From a virus (lineage: Duplodnaviria; Caudoviricetes): a stretch of DNA of 49,696 nt. A program made the translations under genes and the position numbers. This document shows positions 36,974-46,846 of this stretch, piece after piece. The stretch's first letter is position 1; every line of letters starts with the position of its first letter. The stretch lies in IMG/VR virus record IMGVR_UViG_3300037423_000165, positions 1 through 49,696 of that record; one strand, given 5' to 3'. The notes beneath the pieces are model-generated. The model was not told where the DNA came from and ran no database searches. It worked only from the letters and a program-made list of their open reading frames with translations.

Positions 36974-37178
36974 GAGCTTCTTCGACATGCTTAATAACCT
37001 CTTGGTGGTTCTGTTCTTTCTCTTTGGTGATACCAGTCTGAACTACCTTCTCATGATTGCTGGTATCGATCTTCTTGCACTGAACCGTGCCGAAGACAAT
37101 GGCAGCAATTAACAGAAGGATACCGGCAGCACTAGCGGCATAGCTCCAAGAAGAAGCAAAACTAATAGGTAGCTTCAT
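36891..37178 (-). CDS. Putative i-spanin (Rz-like)
   Basis: Single N-terminal TM helix and helical periplasmic part; directly after the endolysin. Confidence 0.7.
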   Translation of the reverse strand: MKLPISFASSWSYAASAAGILLLIAAIVFGTVQCKKIDTSNHEKVVQTGITKEKEQNHQEVIKHVEEAHEAVNNPAPAELDKLCSKYDRNCPVHK

Positions 37179-37590
37179 ATAGAGCCCTTTCTTTTTCTCG
37201 ACGTTCTATAAGTCCCTCAAATACCTTGCCGTTGTCGTATTTCCACTTAGGAAACTCGGCAGCGGCTTCTTTGTATAAACCGGCTTTATGCCTACGAAGG
37301 AGAGTGCTTTGAAGAACCAAACTAGGCCCGACGTTAAAGACGAAGTCTACGAGGGCATCGAACTGACCTTGGGTGCAGGGCAAGGCATGAGCATTCACAA
37401 AGGAGACTGCATACTCCATGTCGTGCTTAAGAAGGATGTCCGCTTGGTCTTGACTAATAACTTGCCCCTCTCTAACACCACCTGTGTGTCCGTAACCGAT
37501 AGTCCAGACACCACCAGTATCCTGATAGGCACGTAGGACACATCCCTCAGAGTCTTTAGTCAGATGATAGCAATGTTCACTTGGCTGCAT
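37162..37590 (-). CDS. Endolysin, GH24 lysozyme
   Basis: EG-x-x-L-x-AY-x-D-x-x-GVWTIGYGHT, QFDALV-x-F-x-FNVG, GL-x-x-RR-x-x-E. Confidence 0.95.
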   Translation of the reverse strand: MQPSEHCYHLTKDSEGCVLRAYQDTGGVWTIGYGHTGGVREGQVISQDQADILLKHDMEYAVSFVNAHALPCTQGQFDALVDFVFNVGPSLVLQSTLLRRHKAGLYKEAAAEFPKWKYDNGKVFEGLIERREKERALYEATY

Positions 37591-37822
37591 TCTGTCTGTC
37601 CTTGAATACGTAGATTACTAGGGCGGTAAGAATTGCAGACAATCCAACGCCTAGCTCAGAGAGATTAATCTCCTTGCGGAGATGCATGTTCCATCCGACA
37701 GCACACACGAGTGTAGATAGCGACAGGAAGGCAATGCATCTGCCGCTATCTAGGTGATCGTTGGTGCTGTTATAGAATAGGTCTTTTAACCTATCTCTTA
37801 TCCAGCGGAGGGCTTTCATCAT
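37577..37822 (-). CDS. Putative holin
   Basis: 81 aa, two TM segments, basic N-terminus; directly before the endolysin. Confidence 0.6.
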   Translation of the reverse strand: MMKALRWIRDRLKDLFYNSTNDHLDSGRCIAFLSLSTLVCAVGWNMHLRKEINLSELGVGLSAILTALVIYVFKDRQNAAK

Positions 37823-38022
37823 CCCATCCTGATATGAAAGAACTTTACAAACATCCCTACGATACCGGTGCCTAGCAATAGGCTTGCAAGCCAGAATGCT
37901 CCGGCTCCCTTGTATCGCAGCGACAACAGTTCATCGATCTTAGCTTCGAGGCTGTCAACCTTAATACGCAACTCATTGACTTGCTCTTCCACACGAGCTA
38001 ACCTTTCAACCTGAGTAATCAC
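37819..38022 (-). CDS. Putative holin or antiholin
   Basis: ERLARVE coiled coil followed by a single hydrophobic helix. Confidence 0.55.
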   Translation of the reverse strand: MITQVERLARVEEQVNELRIKVDSLEAKIDELLSLRYKGAGAFWLASLLLGTGIVGMFVKFFHIRMG

Positions 38023-41000
38023 TTGAAGTCCTTATCACTGGCGTTAAAGCTACTGTCTTTAAACCCATACGGGTCGCTACTCTTGGCCTTCTTAGCCTTA
38101 GGAGTATAGGTCTGGACACCGATGCCGAAGGCATTCGGGACCGCAGTAAAGATGCCAAGAGGACCAAGGTCTTTCATGGCATGATAGGTATCCGAGACAA
38201 TAAGCGGAGCGAAGAGGTTCTCTAGCTCGCTACCTACCGTCAGCTTGTTACCGACTGGATCAGTTCCACGGAGGAGACGAGTGATCTCACCGAAGTTCGG
38301 CGACTCCTTGTTCTCCATGAAGCGATAGAGGATATCGAGACGGGTAGTCGGCTTATAAGAACCTTGCTTCTGGCCGGGGAATGCCTGACGAAGCAAAGGA
38401 AGCGTCGGGCCGATATTTCGGACGATACCCTTCAGAGACTTCTGCTGACCCATTATCATCTGAGCGAAAAAGCGGACGTAAGGTTGGAAGCCACCGGTTA
38501 CATCGAAGCGGGTATTACCGATCACGATCTTACCGAAGTCAGAAGAACGCGGGTCTTTCTCAACAGAGGCACCCGCAGCAGCAGCCAGCCCCATGACAGA
38601 GAGCATGGCAGAGGTCGCGATAAGCCCCTGCTTAATGGCGAAACCACGGACATCAGGATGAAGCCGAGCATAGAACAACGGGTTCATCAACTGAAGACGA
38701 GAAGCCATGAGCTTCGGTGAGAACAGTCCCTTGGAGAGCAGCTCGGCGTTCCTGCCGACCCACTTAACCTGTCCGCGTCCTGTCGCGGCATTGATGAACT
38801 TAGCCGCGCTCTTGAGATACTCAGGCTCCTGAACGAAGTCGATACCTAGGACTTCACCTTTCTTAACGAAGTCATCAAAGACATCAGCACGGAGTTTATT
38901 CAGGAAGGCGAGGTAGGCACGTTCAGACTGACGAACACCCGGTATCTTTTCTGCAAACTTACTGACGAAGGCTTCCTCACGATCCATGATCGAGGCCTTT
39001 TCAGCGGGCTTAGTGATTTCAAGCCCGGCCTTATTCATTAGATCGAAGGTATCTCGGTTACGAATTTCCTCCGAGAGTTCATGGAACTCCTTCTCAGAGA
39101 CGAATGACTTAAACATTCCCTTCTGATCGGCCCACCAGTGCTTCGTTCCGATAAGGAAGATACCCTGACGACCCGGAGCAGAGACGTCGAAAGAAGCCTT
39201 AAGCGTCCTAGTAGTGCCGAGAGTGTCTACGATTGCAGACTTAATGGCACCGTCGGGAACACTACCCTCTTCGTTCTCAAGCAACCGCTTCCAGACAGAA
39301 GCCTTCTGCGGCATCACGCGGGCAAGAAGAGCGACATCCGATGGAGTAGGAACTTCGCCTGCATGAAGCAAAAGATCAAGGGCACGGGCAGCACGAACAG
39401 GCTCGTAGCCCTCTAACGCCGGAGAGTTCCAGATACCATCGTGGAGGGCATCGATTTCAGATTGACTGAACTGATCGGCGATAGGCTTGATTTTAGGACG
39501 AGACATCTCGCCCTTCATGGCAGCCAGCGCCTTGAGAGTTCCCTCACGACCCGGAGTAGCCTTCTTAGCGGCGTAGGCAGCAGCAAGTCGTTGCTTGCGC
39601 TCGAAAGACATCTGAGCCTCCGCCTCGCGGCGAATTGGAGTTGACTGATCGATTAGATCGCCGAGCTTATCGACGATCACCTTCTTCTCAGTTCGAAGCT
39701 CCGGGCGTTCGTGGTCTTCCGGACTCTTTGGCTTATCCGGCCCCTTGTAGTTAGGGCCTTTCTGACGCTGACCTAGCGAGGATGAAGCAGCAGGAGGGTT
39801 ACGGTCACGATTGGCCGGACCGTAGAATATCCTGTCATTGTCCTCGGCGATTAGCGCCTTCTTGTCTTCAGGCGATAGTTTCCTCCACTCCTTATCGCCA
39901 TATTGATGGAGGGTTTTACCCTCTGGACGAGGTTCATATCGTCCTTCGTTGGCAGGAGTCTTCGTCTCGCCGACATACGGGGTATGCTTCTCATAGCCGG
40001 TATTATCGACTACAGGCTTATCCGCAATAGGTTCGGGACGGCTAAGTTCTGAGTTTCGCTCGTGAATAGTATGCTCGACATTACGCCAAATATCCACTAA
40101 GCTTGCCGTCTTATCTTTATAGGGATGGTCATCGGGAAGCATGGCGTGCATCTTCTCGGCAGTCTCTCGATTACCGCGAGCTTCTTCGAGAGTTATAGGA
40201 GACTCGTCATGAAGAACTGCATCCTCGTGATGCATTGCAGACTCGATCTTTTCATCAAGAAGATTACGAGTCTTCTGATTGTCGAGGTCCTGACGGACAT
40301 TGTCGAGGTCTACGACGTTATCTGGACCTTCTGTAGGAACATCTCGATTTCTAATGTCGGCTTCCGAGGAATAGTCAGCCGGAAAATCCAAAACATTCTC
40401 GTCAGGAATGTTATCCTGACCAGTAATGGCATTCTTCATCCCGGTGTCATTCATGGCATTCGCCATATCCTCGGGAGCCATAGGACGCACAGGACCGCCG
40501 GTAGAACCAGAGCCCTTCCGTTCGATATACTTATTCATCCCCTTGACGACATACTCCTGCGTCTCACGGGGGGCATGTTCGAACCACTTCTGACCGTATT
40601 TGTTCAAGGCCTTATCGAGATTACCCGGTCCCCAGTTATAGGCAGCAAGGGCTAGATCGGGTTCACCATACTTACCGAGCATAGCGGCGGTATATTGCTT
40701 CCCGACACGGACGTCATCTACGGCAGTCCCATTTGATTTACGGATACCGAAGCCGGGGTCACGAGCCGTATCCGGCATGACCTGTTGAGGTCCACGGGCA
40801 CCCTTAGGGGACACACGGGGATGGGCGACAGTTCCACCGCCTTCTAGATCACCGACGATGATGTTATTCAGGAGCTCGTAGTCGGGATGGACAGCACCGG
40901 CTCGAATAAGCCGACCGCCTTTGACCTTGTTTACTGCCGAGCCTACGCCCTTGGCGACACCTTCACCAGCGCCCTGAAGAGCAGCACCGGCAATAGCGGC

Positions 41001-41636
41001 TTCAGCCACCTGAGCAGGATCGAACTCATCTCGGATGCCAGTGGATAGGTCAGCGCCTTGACCGGCGGCATCAGTAAGGGCAGCCTGCCCGCCCATCAGA
41101 CCGACACGGCCAAGGGCACTCTCGCCGCCGATTGGAGTGGCGTAGAGGGGGTTGGCATCAGCGCCAATAGTTCCGGCGGTCTTAGCAGCCCAGTGAGCTA
41201 GTGCATGGACGGCACCCGGAGCCTGACGAGAGTCGTCATCGGCAACCTGTTCGGCATGATACTGCTGTGCCTCACGAACTTGCTGAACACGCTTCTTACG
41301 ATTAATAGCAACCTCGGCAGCAGCCTGTGTCGGTGACATACCATCGCGGCGAAGGCTCTCACGCTGAATGGCGTCATAGACAGGATACCCAACTGCACGA
41401 CCTACCTGAGACGGGAAGCTATCCCCTTCGGGAGAAGAACTAAAATCGAAGGCGTTTTTGATAGTTTCCCAGAGAGTCTGAGGCGGGGCATTCTTAAGCT
41501 GCTGAGGGTTCTTCTTAGCAGCAGCCATTGCTCTCCCACGACGTTCGTCGGCAGGAGTAGCTAGCTTTGTAATAACCCTAGGGTCATTGAAGTTAATCGA
41601 GATACGCTGTGGGGTATCTTCGGGGGGATTAGCCAA
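38019..41636 (-). CDS. Large internal virion (ejection) protein with lytic transglycosylase domain
   Basis: 1205 aa; SLT motifs LEGGG, SPKGARGPQQVMPDTA, ALAAYNWGPG. Confidence 0.85.
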   Translation of the reverse strand: MANPPEDTPQRISINFNDPRVITKLATPADERRGRAMAAAKKNPQQLKNAPPQTLWETIKNAFDFSSSPEGDSFPSQVGRAVGYPVYDAIQRESLRRDGMSPTQAAAEVAINRKKRVQQVREAQQYHAEQVADDDSRQAPGAVHALAHWAAKTAGTIGADANPLYATPIGGESALGRVGLMGGQAALTDAAGQGADLSTGIRDEFDPAQVAEAAIAGAALQGAGEGVAKGVGSAVNKVKGGRLIRAGAVHPDYELLNNIIVGDLEGGGTVAHPRVSPKGARGPQQVMPDTARDPGFGIRKSNGTAVDDVRVGKQYTAAMLGKYGEPDLALAAYNWGPGNLDKALNKYGQKWFEHAPRETQEYVVKGMNKYIERKGSGSTGGPVRPMAPEDMANAMNDTGMKNAITGQDNIPDENVLDFPADYSSEADIRNRDVPTEGPDNVVDLDNVRQDLDNQKTRNLLDEKIESAMHHEDAVLHDESPITLEEARGNRETAEKMHAMLPDDHPYKDKTASLVDIWRNVEHTIHERNSELSRPEPIADKPVVDNTGYEKHTPYVGETKTPANEGRYEPRPEGKTLHQYGDKEWRKLSPEDKKALIAEDNDRIFYGPANRDRNPPAASSSLGQRQKGPNYKGPDKPKSPEDHERPELRTEKKVIVDKLGDLIDQSTPIRREAEAQMSFERKQRLAAAYAAKKATPGREGTLKALAAMKGEMSRPKIKPIADQFSQSEIDALHDGIWNSPALEGYEPVRAARALDLLLHAGEVPTPSDVALLARVMPQKASVWKRLLENEEGSVPDGAIKSAIVDTLGTTRTLKASFDVSAPGRQGIFLIGTKHWWADQKGMFKSFVSEKEFHELSEEIRNRDTFDLMNKAGLEITKPAEKASIMDREEAFVSKFAEKIPGVRQSERAYLAFLNKLRADVFDDFVKKGEVLGIDFVQEPEYLKSAAKFINAATGRGQVKWVGRNAELLSKGLFSPKLMASRLQLMNPLFYARLHPDVRGFAIKQGLIATSAMLSVMGLAAAAGASVEKDPRSSDFGKIVIGNTRFDVTGGFQPYVRFFAQMIMGQQKSLKGIVRNIGPTLPLLRQAFPGQKQGSYKPTTRLDILYRFMENKESPNFGEITRLLRGTDPVGNKLTVGSELENLFAPLIVSDTYHAMKDLGPLGIFTAVPNAFGIGVQTYTPKAKKAKSSDPYGFKDSSFNASDKDFK

Positions 41637-41638
41637 GA

Positions 41639-42691
41639 TTATTCCTCGGTTGCTGCGGGTTCGACCTTCTTGATGAATACGGCATGACCAGTCTTAGGAT
41701 CGATACCGTAGTCAAACATCCTGCCGTCCGGCGCAGTGATACGCATTTTATTACCAGTCTTATCGAACTGAACTAGACCCTGTGCAGTTCGCATCGTCTT
41801 ATTAGCACGGAGCTTAGCAGGATCGTGAGCGGCAGTTTCCTGTCCTCGACGAAGATACTCACCAGTGCGGGTCTCTCTATTGCCGATTTCAGAGTTTACG
41901 TTACGCGTCTGATTGTTGACTTCTTGAGCCCTGAGGCCAAGTGACTGATTGCGATAGTTGATCTGCGACTGAGTATTACGATCCTGACGATCGTTGTCGA
42001 TCTGCTTATCAACGGAGACGGTTCCCATCCGATAGGCATTAAGGGTATCGGGGTCGTAGTCATCGGGAAGCTCATTGGGATCAAGTCCACGGGCTTCCGC
42101 ATACTTCCTCATAGTCGGAAGAAGCTTGGTATAAGTCTGCTGATCTGAGACGGAACCAAGCATCCCGGCAACTACACCACGAGCTCTATCCTCTTGGGCA
42201 GCACGGCGATATTCAGCAAGAGCCTGAGCCTGAAGGTCAGCCCGCTGATTATCTTCATACTGATTATAGAGTTCAACAGCCTTGCCTTCCTGCCCCGGAA
42301 TTCTCTGAAGACGCTTAATGGCCTTAAGAGGATCAGAGGCGAAGTCGCCCATTACATCATGAAGGTCTTCTTGAGTATGGGTGTTAGTCCCAATCAGTCC
42401 CTTGCCGTAGTGACTGCCGATGACGTCTCCTAGGAAGGTCCAGAAGTTAGGCTTGCGAGGCTTCCAACCATCACCAGTAATAGTGATAGGGTCTTCGGAA
42501 GGGGCAGTGCTGTTATTAGCAACCGGAGCCTGAGCTTGAGCCTGAGGCTGCCCTTGAGCTTGCGGCTGCCCCTTACCGGCTAAGGCCATTCCAAGCATAG
42601 CAGGAGACGACGTAGCGGCGGGGTCGATACCAGCGGCATCGGCTGCAATTCCTGACGCACCCCGTAGGAGAGCTTGTAGAAACGGGCTCAT
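41639..42691 (-). CDS. Putative ejection protein
   Basis: Middle of a three-gene ejection block; A/Q-rich. Confidence 0.6.
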   Translation of the reverse strand: MSPFLQALLRGASGIAADAAGIDPAATSSPAMLGMALAGKGQPQAQGQPQAQAQAPVANNSTAPSEDPITITGDGWKPRKPNFWTFLGDVIGSHYGKGLIGTNTHTQEDLHDVMGDFASDPLKAIKRLQRIPGQEGKAVELYNQYEDNQRADLQAQALAEYRRAAQEDRARGVVAGMLGSVSDQQTYTKLLPTMRKYAEARGLDPNELPDDYDPDTLNAYRMGTVSVDKQIDNDRQDRNTQSQINYRNQSLGLRAQEVNNQTRNVNSEIGNRETRTGEYLRRGQETAAHDPAKLRANKTMRTAQGLVQFDKTGNKMRITAPDGRMFDYGIDPKTGHAVFIKKVEPAATEE

Positions 42692-43753
42692 TTACAGTCC
42701 TTTGAAGTAAGAATAGTCAACACCGGCATAGCCATCCTTGAAGTTTTCGATGTAGGCTTCGGGCATAATTTCCTTGACTTCGTGAGCCATAGCACCGATA
42801 ACCTTAACGCCCGGATTGTCCTTATACTCGAAGCGATACTTATTCAGTCCGTTCTTGTATTCGCCGATATGTTCGATATTCATCTTCATACGAACATCAG
42901 AACCCATGGCAGCGTAGGCTCCGACACCCTGAGCAATATCGCCAAGGAGACCCTGCTTGGCTCCCTTAGAAGTTTCGGTTGAAGTTCCAGTTCCTTCTGA
43001 ATGCTGACCGGCCGAAGCAAGGACACCAGCAGAGCCAAGGCCAAGCTGACCGTAATTCTGAAGCTGCTGCATATACTGATTAAGATATGTCTGAGCCAAT
43101 CCATTTGCCATGCGGGTTACGCCAGTGGCAGTTGAGCCAGACTGAAGAAGTCCTTTAGCTGAACGATCTGCATTAATACCGTTAATACCTTGGTTTAAAA
43201 GATATTGATATCCGCCGGAATTAGCCCAATTCGACAGAGCATCGGTTTGAGACTGCGGAGTGGCAGCTGGAATAGTGGCAGCGGGGGTAGGATTTGAACT
43301 TGGCGCAGGAGTAGGATTACTCTGAAGATACTGATTGCGAGCAGAAAGAACTGAACGCGCCATGTCTTCATCTTTCCAAGGATCGCCGTGGAAACGTGAA
43401 ATATCGCTAAAGCCGGGGTCTTCATTAGGATGATTGAGGTAGTAATTCATATAGGCATTCATCTGCGACTGGCTACCAATATTACCAAGTCCGGGGCCTG
43501 TATATCCGGAAGCAGGAGATGAAGACGGAGCAGGCGAAGGCGAAGGCGAAGGCGTTCCGCCTGTAGTAGGAGCAGGGGTAGGGGTTGCCTGCGGAATACC
43601 TAGCAATGCAGCCATTGCAGAGCTAGCGCCTTGGACATTGTTAACTGTCGGCAGCAATGATCCTGCCAAGGACTGATACGCGTAGTTGCCCGACGAAGAA
43701 GTCTGCGTCGAGGAACTAGTTGACTTAGCTGGTTTACCAGTTAGAAAGCCCAA
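42692..43753 (-). CDS. Putative ejection protein (P22 gp7-like) with C-terminal peptidase S74-like domain
   Basis: GYQ....G...SA-x-GLL-x-SG segment; SD-x-R-x-K-x-NI...Y-x-F-x-Y...G-x-MA-x-EV...P-x-A...VDY. Confidence 0.7.
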   Translation of the reverse strand: MGFLTGKPAKSTSSSTQTSSSGNYAYQSLAGSLLPTVNNVQGASSAMAALLGIPQATPTPAPTTGGTPSPSPSPAPSSSPASGYTGPGLGNIGSQSQMNAYMNYYLNHPNEDPGFSDISRFHGDPWKDEDMARSVLSARNQYLQSNPTPAPSSNPTPAATIPAATPQSQTDALSNWANSGGYQYLLNQGINGINADRSAKGLLQSGSTATGVTRMANGLAQTYLNQYMQQLQNYGQLGLGSAGVLASAGQHSEGTGTSTETSKGAKQGLLGDIAQGVGAYAAMGSDVRMKMNIEHIGEYKNGLNKYRFEYKDNPGVKVIGAMAHEVKEIMPEAYIENFKDGYAGVDYSYFKGL

Positions 43754-44173
43754 TTACTTATTCCTTTTATAAAATTCATTTTTAGTCATAATCAATAGTT
43801 CGTATTGCTTGTTATGAAACGGAGGATTACCTGTCGTTACTCCGTAGCTCTTCATTCCGAGTCGCTTAGCAGCTAGAATGACTCCTCGAAGTTCTACCGG
43901 AGTAAAGCCCTTTAGGACTTCCATTCCGTAATACCGATACATCACCGAGATCATGTCCTTGGCTAGGTCCGGTCTATGCCCCTTCTTGAAATACCAGTGT
44001 CCGGTATAGACATAAGGTGAGTCGAAGGAGAATAGACCTACGCTGCCGTCTTCCTCGAACATCACGTTTCGGCTGTCGAGCCAAGCTTCGAAGTTAAATT
44101 CCTCAGGATCGAAACTATCTGGGTAGGGCTCGACAGCCTTACGAAGAACTTCGGGATCAAACGAACGGATCAA
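43754..44173 (-). CDS. GNAT-like virion assembly protein
   Basis: G-x-TP...AKRLGM-x-x-YG motif; position as for P22 gp14 or T7 gp13. Confidence 0.55.
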   Translation of the reverse strand: MIRSFDPEVLRKAVEPYPDSFDPEEFNFEAWLDSRNVMFEEDGSVGLFSFDSPYVYTGHWYFKKGHRPDLAKDMISVMYRYYGMEVLKGFTPVELRGVILAAKRLGMKSYGVTTGNPPFHNKQYELLIMTKNEFYKRNK

Positions 44174-44778
44174 GGGATGGAGCCTCCGCCGTTATAGCCT
44201 CCACCGCCACCCGGAGTTCCACCGCCGGTTCCACCAGTAGAAGTTCCACCGTCGGCAGGAGTAGTCACAAAGCCGACGAGGTGTCTACCGGCAGCAGCAC
44301 CGACCTGAGCCGTAGCTGAAGTCGTAGTAGCTACGAAGGTAGGTGTGGCATTAGCTAATGTAGTGTCGTCGTAGTAAACCCAATACGTCGTCGAGAAAGC
44401 CAGCCCATGAAGCGTAGCCCCCGTGATCGAGACATCAGGGACGTCGATGCTTCCTTGGACAGGATATACTCGTGTATGGTTAGCAATCGTGATATCGCAG
44501 TCAGTTCCGACGTCAGCCGCAGTAATGATTGTCCCCGGATTAGGATAGGAATTCAATCTAGCAGACTCACGAGCAGCGGCGGTAGCGGTGGCCTGAGCGG
44601 CATCGGCAGAAGCCTGAGCAGCAGCGATAGCGGCGACGACAGCAGACAGGTCGTTAAATGAATTCTCGATATTCTTCGCTACGGCATCCCACCATTGCTG
44701 AAAGGTCTGAGTAGGACGACCGTCGCTATCGACTAGCGCGATGTCATTACGTAGACGAGGAAGTGCTAGATTAGCCAT
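44170..44778 (-). CDS. Putative tail protein
   Basis: LVD-x-x-GRPT..F..W motif, coiled coil, Gly-rich end; follows the gp10-like gene. Confidence 0.6.
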   Translation of the reverse strand: MANLALPRLRNDIALVDSDGRPTQTFQQWWDAVAKNIENSFNDLSAVVAAIAAAQASADAAQATATAAARESARLNSYPNPGTIITAADVGTDCDITIANHTRVYPVQGSIDVPDVSITGATLHGLAFSTTYWVYYDDTTLANATPTFVATTTSATAQVGAAAGRHLVGFVTTPADGGTSTGGTGGGTPGGGGGYNGGGSIP

Positions 44779-46118
44779 TACACTCCTCCGTAAGGATCGT
44801 TAGCAACCACCTTCGAGACACGGAAGGGAACAGGATCAGTCACTCGGAACTCACATAGGACGCCGGGGTAAGAGAACATCCCAAGTCCAGTCCACTGAAT
44901 ACGCTTTCTGTATTCTCCACGAGCTCCTAATGAACGCTGCCTCCAGGCCCCCCAAGTAAAGCCTCCGTCCTTAGAGATACGCATTTCGATGATAGGATCA
45001 TCAGCGCTTACAAATGGAGTCTGACCGGGGTTGGTGCGAAGAAAGACATTATAGAGCGGAGCACCGGGGACATTGCCTAGAGCACCAGCGCGAAAGCGGC
45101 GTTCTAGTTGTGCTCCAAAGTCCGAATAGTCATCAGTGAACTGAAGCAATTTTCCATCGACAGCTGAGCCGAAGACATCGGCAGCGAAGCACTGAGGAAG
45201 GAAATTATCTTCGTCGTAGTTCTCAAACTGCGACCAAGTTCCCGAACGAGAAGAATAGACCCAAGTCTCCCCATCCAGCCGGAGAGCTAGAAACTCCGTT
45301 CCTTCTAGAATGAAAGTCCAAAGACTGCAATTAGTGGAGTCCTTGATACGGGCCTCTAGGCCGGGATAAGAAATCAGATTGTCAGGCGAAGTTACGCAAA
45401 TCTGATTACGATCAGTAACCCAAGCGAAAGTCCCGTTAAACTCTACGGCACAACCTGTGTCACGAATACCAATCTGGAAGGTTCTACCGACGAGAGGCTG
45501 GAAGGGAGCATCGGGGTCACTAGTCACCGGCCAAAACTCAACAGTCTTAGAACCAAATAGGATCAGAGTATCACCGATGTAAATACACTCCTTGAGCTTG
45601 TCAGGAGAGTTCTCAGCAGTGGCGAAGGCAAGGACATCGATGGTCGATAGTAGAGGATCAGACCAGTAGAAAGAGCCAGTGCCGCTGTCGATGATAATCA
45701 ATCGGGAAGCCCCGATGCACAGAGAGAGAGTATTAAATCCACCCGGAACAGTAACGGCGGCAAGAGTAGCACCGTCATAACCCCAGAGACTACTTCCTTG
45801 AGTAGCGAATACGAAGTCCTCGAAGCCTGCAATCTTAGCAGGGCCGGTGCCGTCAATGGCTCCCTTGCTTACTCCATCTCGCCAGAACTGACCATCGGAT
45901 ACAGCGAATAATGATCCACCTAGGACACCATCGATTGAATAGAGAGCCTTTACAGGACCATCATCAAGCACAGTTCCTTCATCCTCTATTCCCGGACGTG
46001 ACTGTAGCGTAACGCCGTCCTCGGAGACCTCGGACTCAGCGAACATATTAATAACCGGCAGCTCTGGCAGATTACCACGCTGACGGATATATGACGAGGT
46101 TCCGTAAAAGAGGTCCAT
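44778..46118 (-). CDS. Tail hub / DNA stabilisation protein (P22 gp10-like)
   Basis: FATAE-x-x-PD, LFG-x-x-TVEFW, S-x-DGG-x-TW, G-x-x-GEY-x-x-R-x-x-W-x-x-LG. Confidence 0.88.
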   Translation of the reverse strand: MDLFYGTSSYIRQRGNLPELPVINMFAESEVSEDGVTLQSRPGIEDEGTVLDDGPVKALYSIDGVLGGSLFAVSDGQFWRDGVSKGAIDGTGPAKIAGFEDFVFATQGSSLWGYDGATLAAVTVPGGFNTLSLCIGASRLIIIDSGTGSFYWSDPLLSTIDVLAFATAENSPDKLKECIYIGDTLILFGSKTVEFWPVTSDPDAPFQPLVGRTFQIGIRDTGCAVEFNGTFAWVTDRNQICVTSPDNLISYPGLEARIKDSTNCSLWTFILEGTEFLALRLDGETWVYSSRSGTWSQFENYDEDNFLPQCFAADVFGSAVDGKLLQFTDDYSDFGAQLERRFRAGALGNVPGAPLYNVFLRTNPGQTPFVSADDPIIEMRISKDGGFTWGAWRQRSLGARGEYRKRIQWTGLGMFSYPGVLCEFRVTDPVPFRVSKVVANDPYGGV

Positions 46119-46846
46119 TAGAAGGTCAGATAGTTTCTTGAATAGGGGTTGAGAGTAAGAATGGTAAGTCCATCTTCCGAAGGCATTTCTTTAATCTGAC
46201 GATACTTAGCACGGAAACGCTTTTTAGCGGCCTTGAGAATATCGACCATGTTCTGGTCGGTCTGGGCGCCATAACGAGGGTTCAGGCGGAAGGCCAACAG
46301 GGTGATGAAGTAATCATCGAAAGCCTGTGGCCACGGCATCGGATCATCTTCTGCCAGATCGCTGACCTTAGTCCAAGCCGCGATATCCGAGCGGTAGAAC
46401 CACTCACTGACGGTGTAGTTGGTATTTAGAATAACTGAGGGGGCATTCTCGATAAAGCGGCCATTGCCCTTAATCGTGATATTGTATGTTCCGAAGTTAC
46501 CTTTGATATCATTAATGCCGAAACGAGCACCATCTCTGGGATTAGGCGGAAGGAAGATAGTAGCGGCAGCACCGACATTCATGATCAATCGGGTATTCTC
46601 CGGCAGGAAGGTGCTATCGATGGTTCCCGATTGATCTTCTGCCTGAGCATAGACATTCGTCAGACCGTTGATGCCATAGTTTACAGTCTGCATCTCCTCA
46701 CCAAACTCATTGTCATACATGCCGACAATGAGATTATTAAGAGCGCCAAGTCCTTCTGCATTCTGATCGGCATCGGGAGTTTCACCGACAGCCGTGATAC
46801 CAGCCTCACGGTAGGCTTTATTGATGATATCACGAAGAGTAGTCAT
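46118..46846 (-). CDS. Head-tail adaptor (P22 gp4-like) with inserted domain
   Basis: T-x-x-DII-x-x-A-x-R-x-x-G...GL-x-x-LN start and LA-x-RL-x-P-x-YG end. Confidence 0.75.
   Translation of the reverse strand: MTTLRDIINKAYREAGITAVGETPDADQNAEGLGALNNLIVGMYDNEFGEEMQTVNYGINGLTNVYAQAEDQSGTIDSTFLPENTRLIMNVGAAATIFLPPNPRDGARFGINDIKGNFGTYNITIKGNGRFIENAPSVILNTNYTVSEWFYRSDIAAWTKVSDLAEDDPMPWPQAFDDYFITLLAFRLNPRYGAQTDQNMVDILKAAKKRFRAKYRQIKEMPSEDGLTILTLNPYSRNYLTF

Noticed and set aside
43534-43553. GGCGAA short tandem repeat
   Set aside because: It encodes a Pro-Ser linker within an ORF and keeps the frame.
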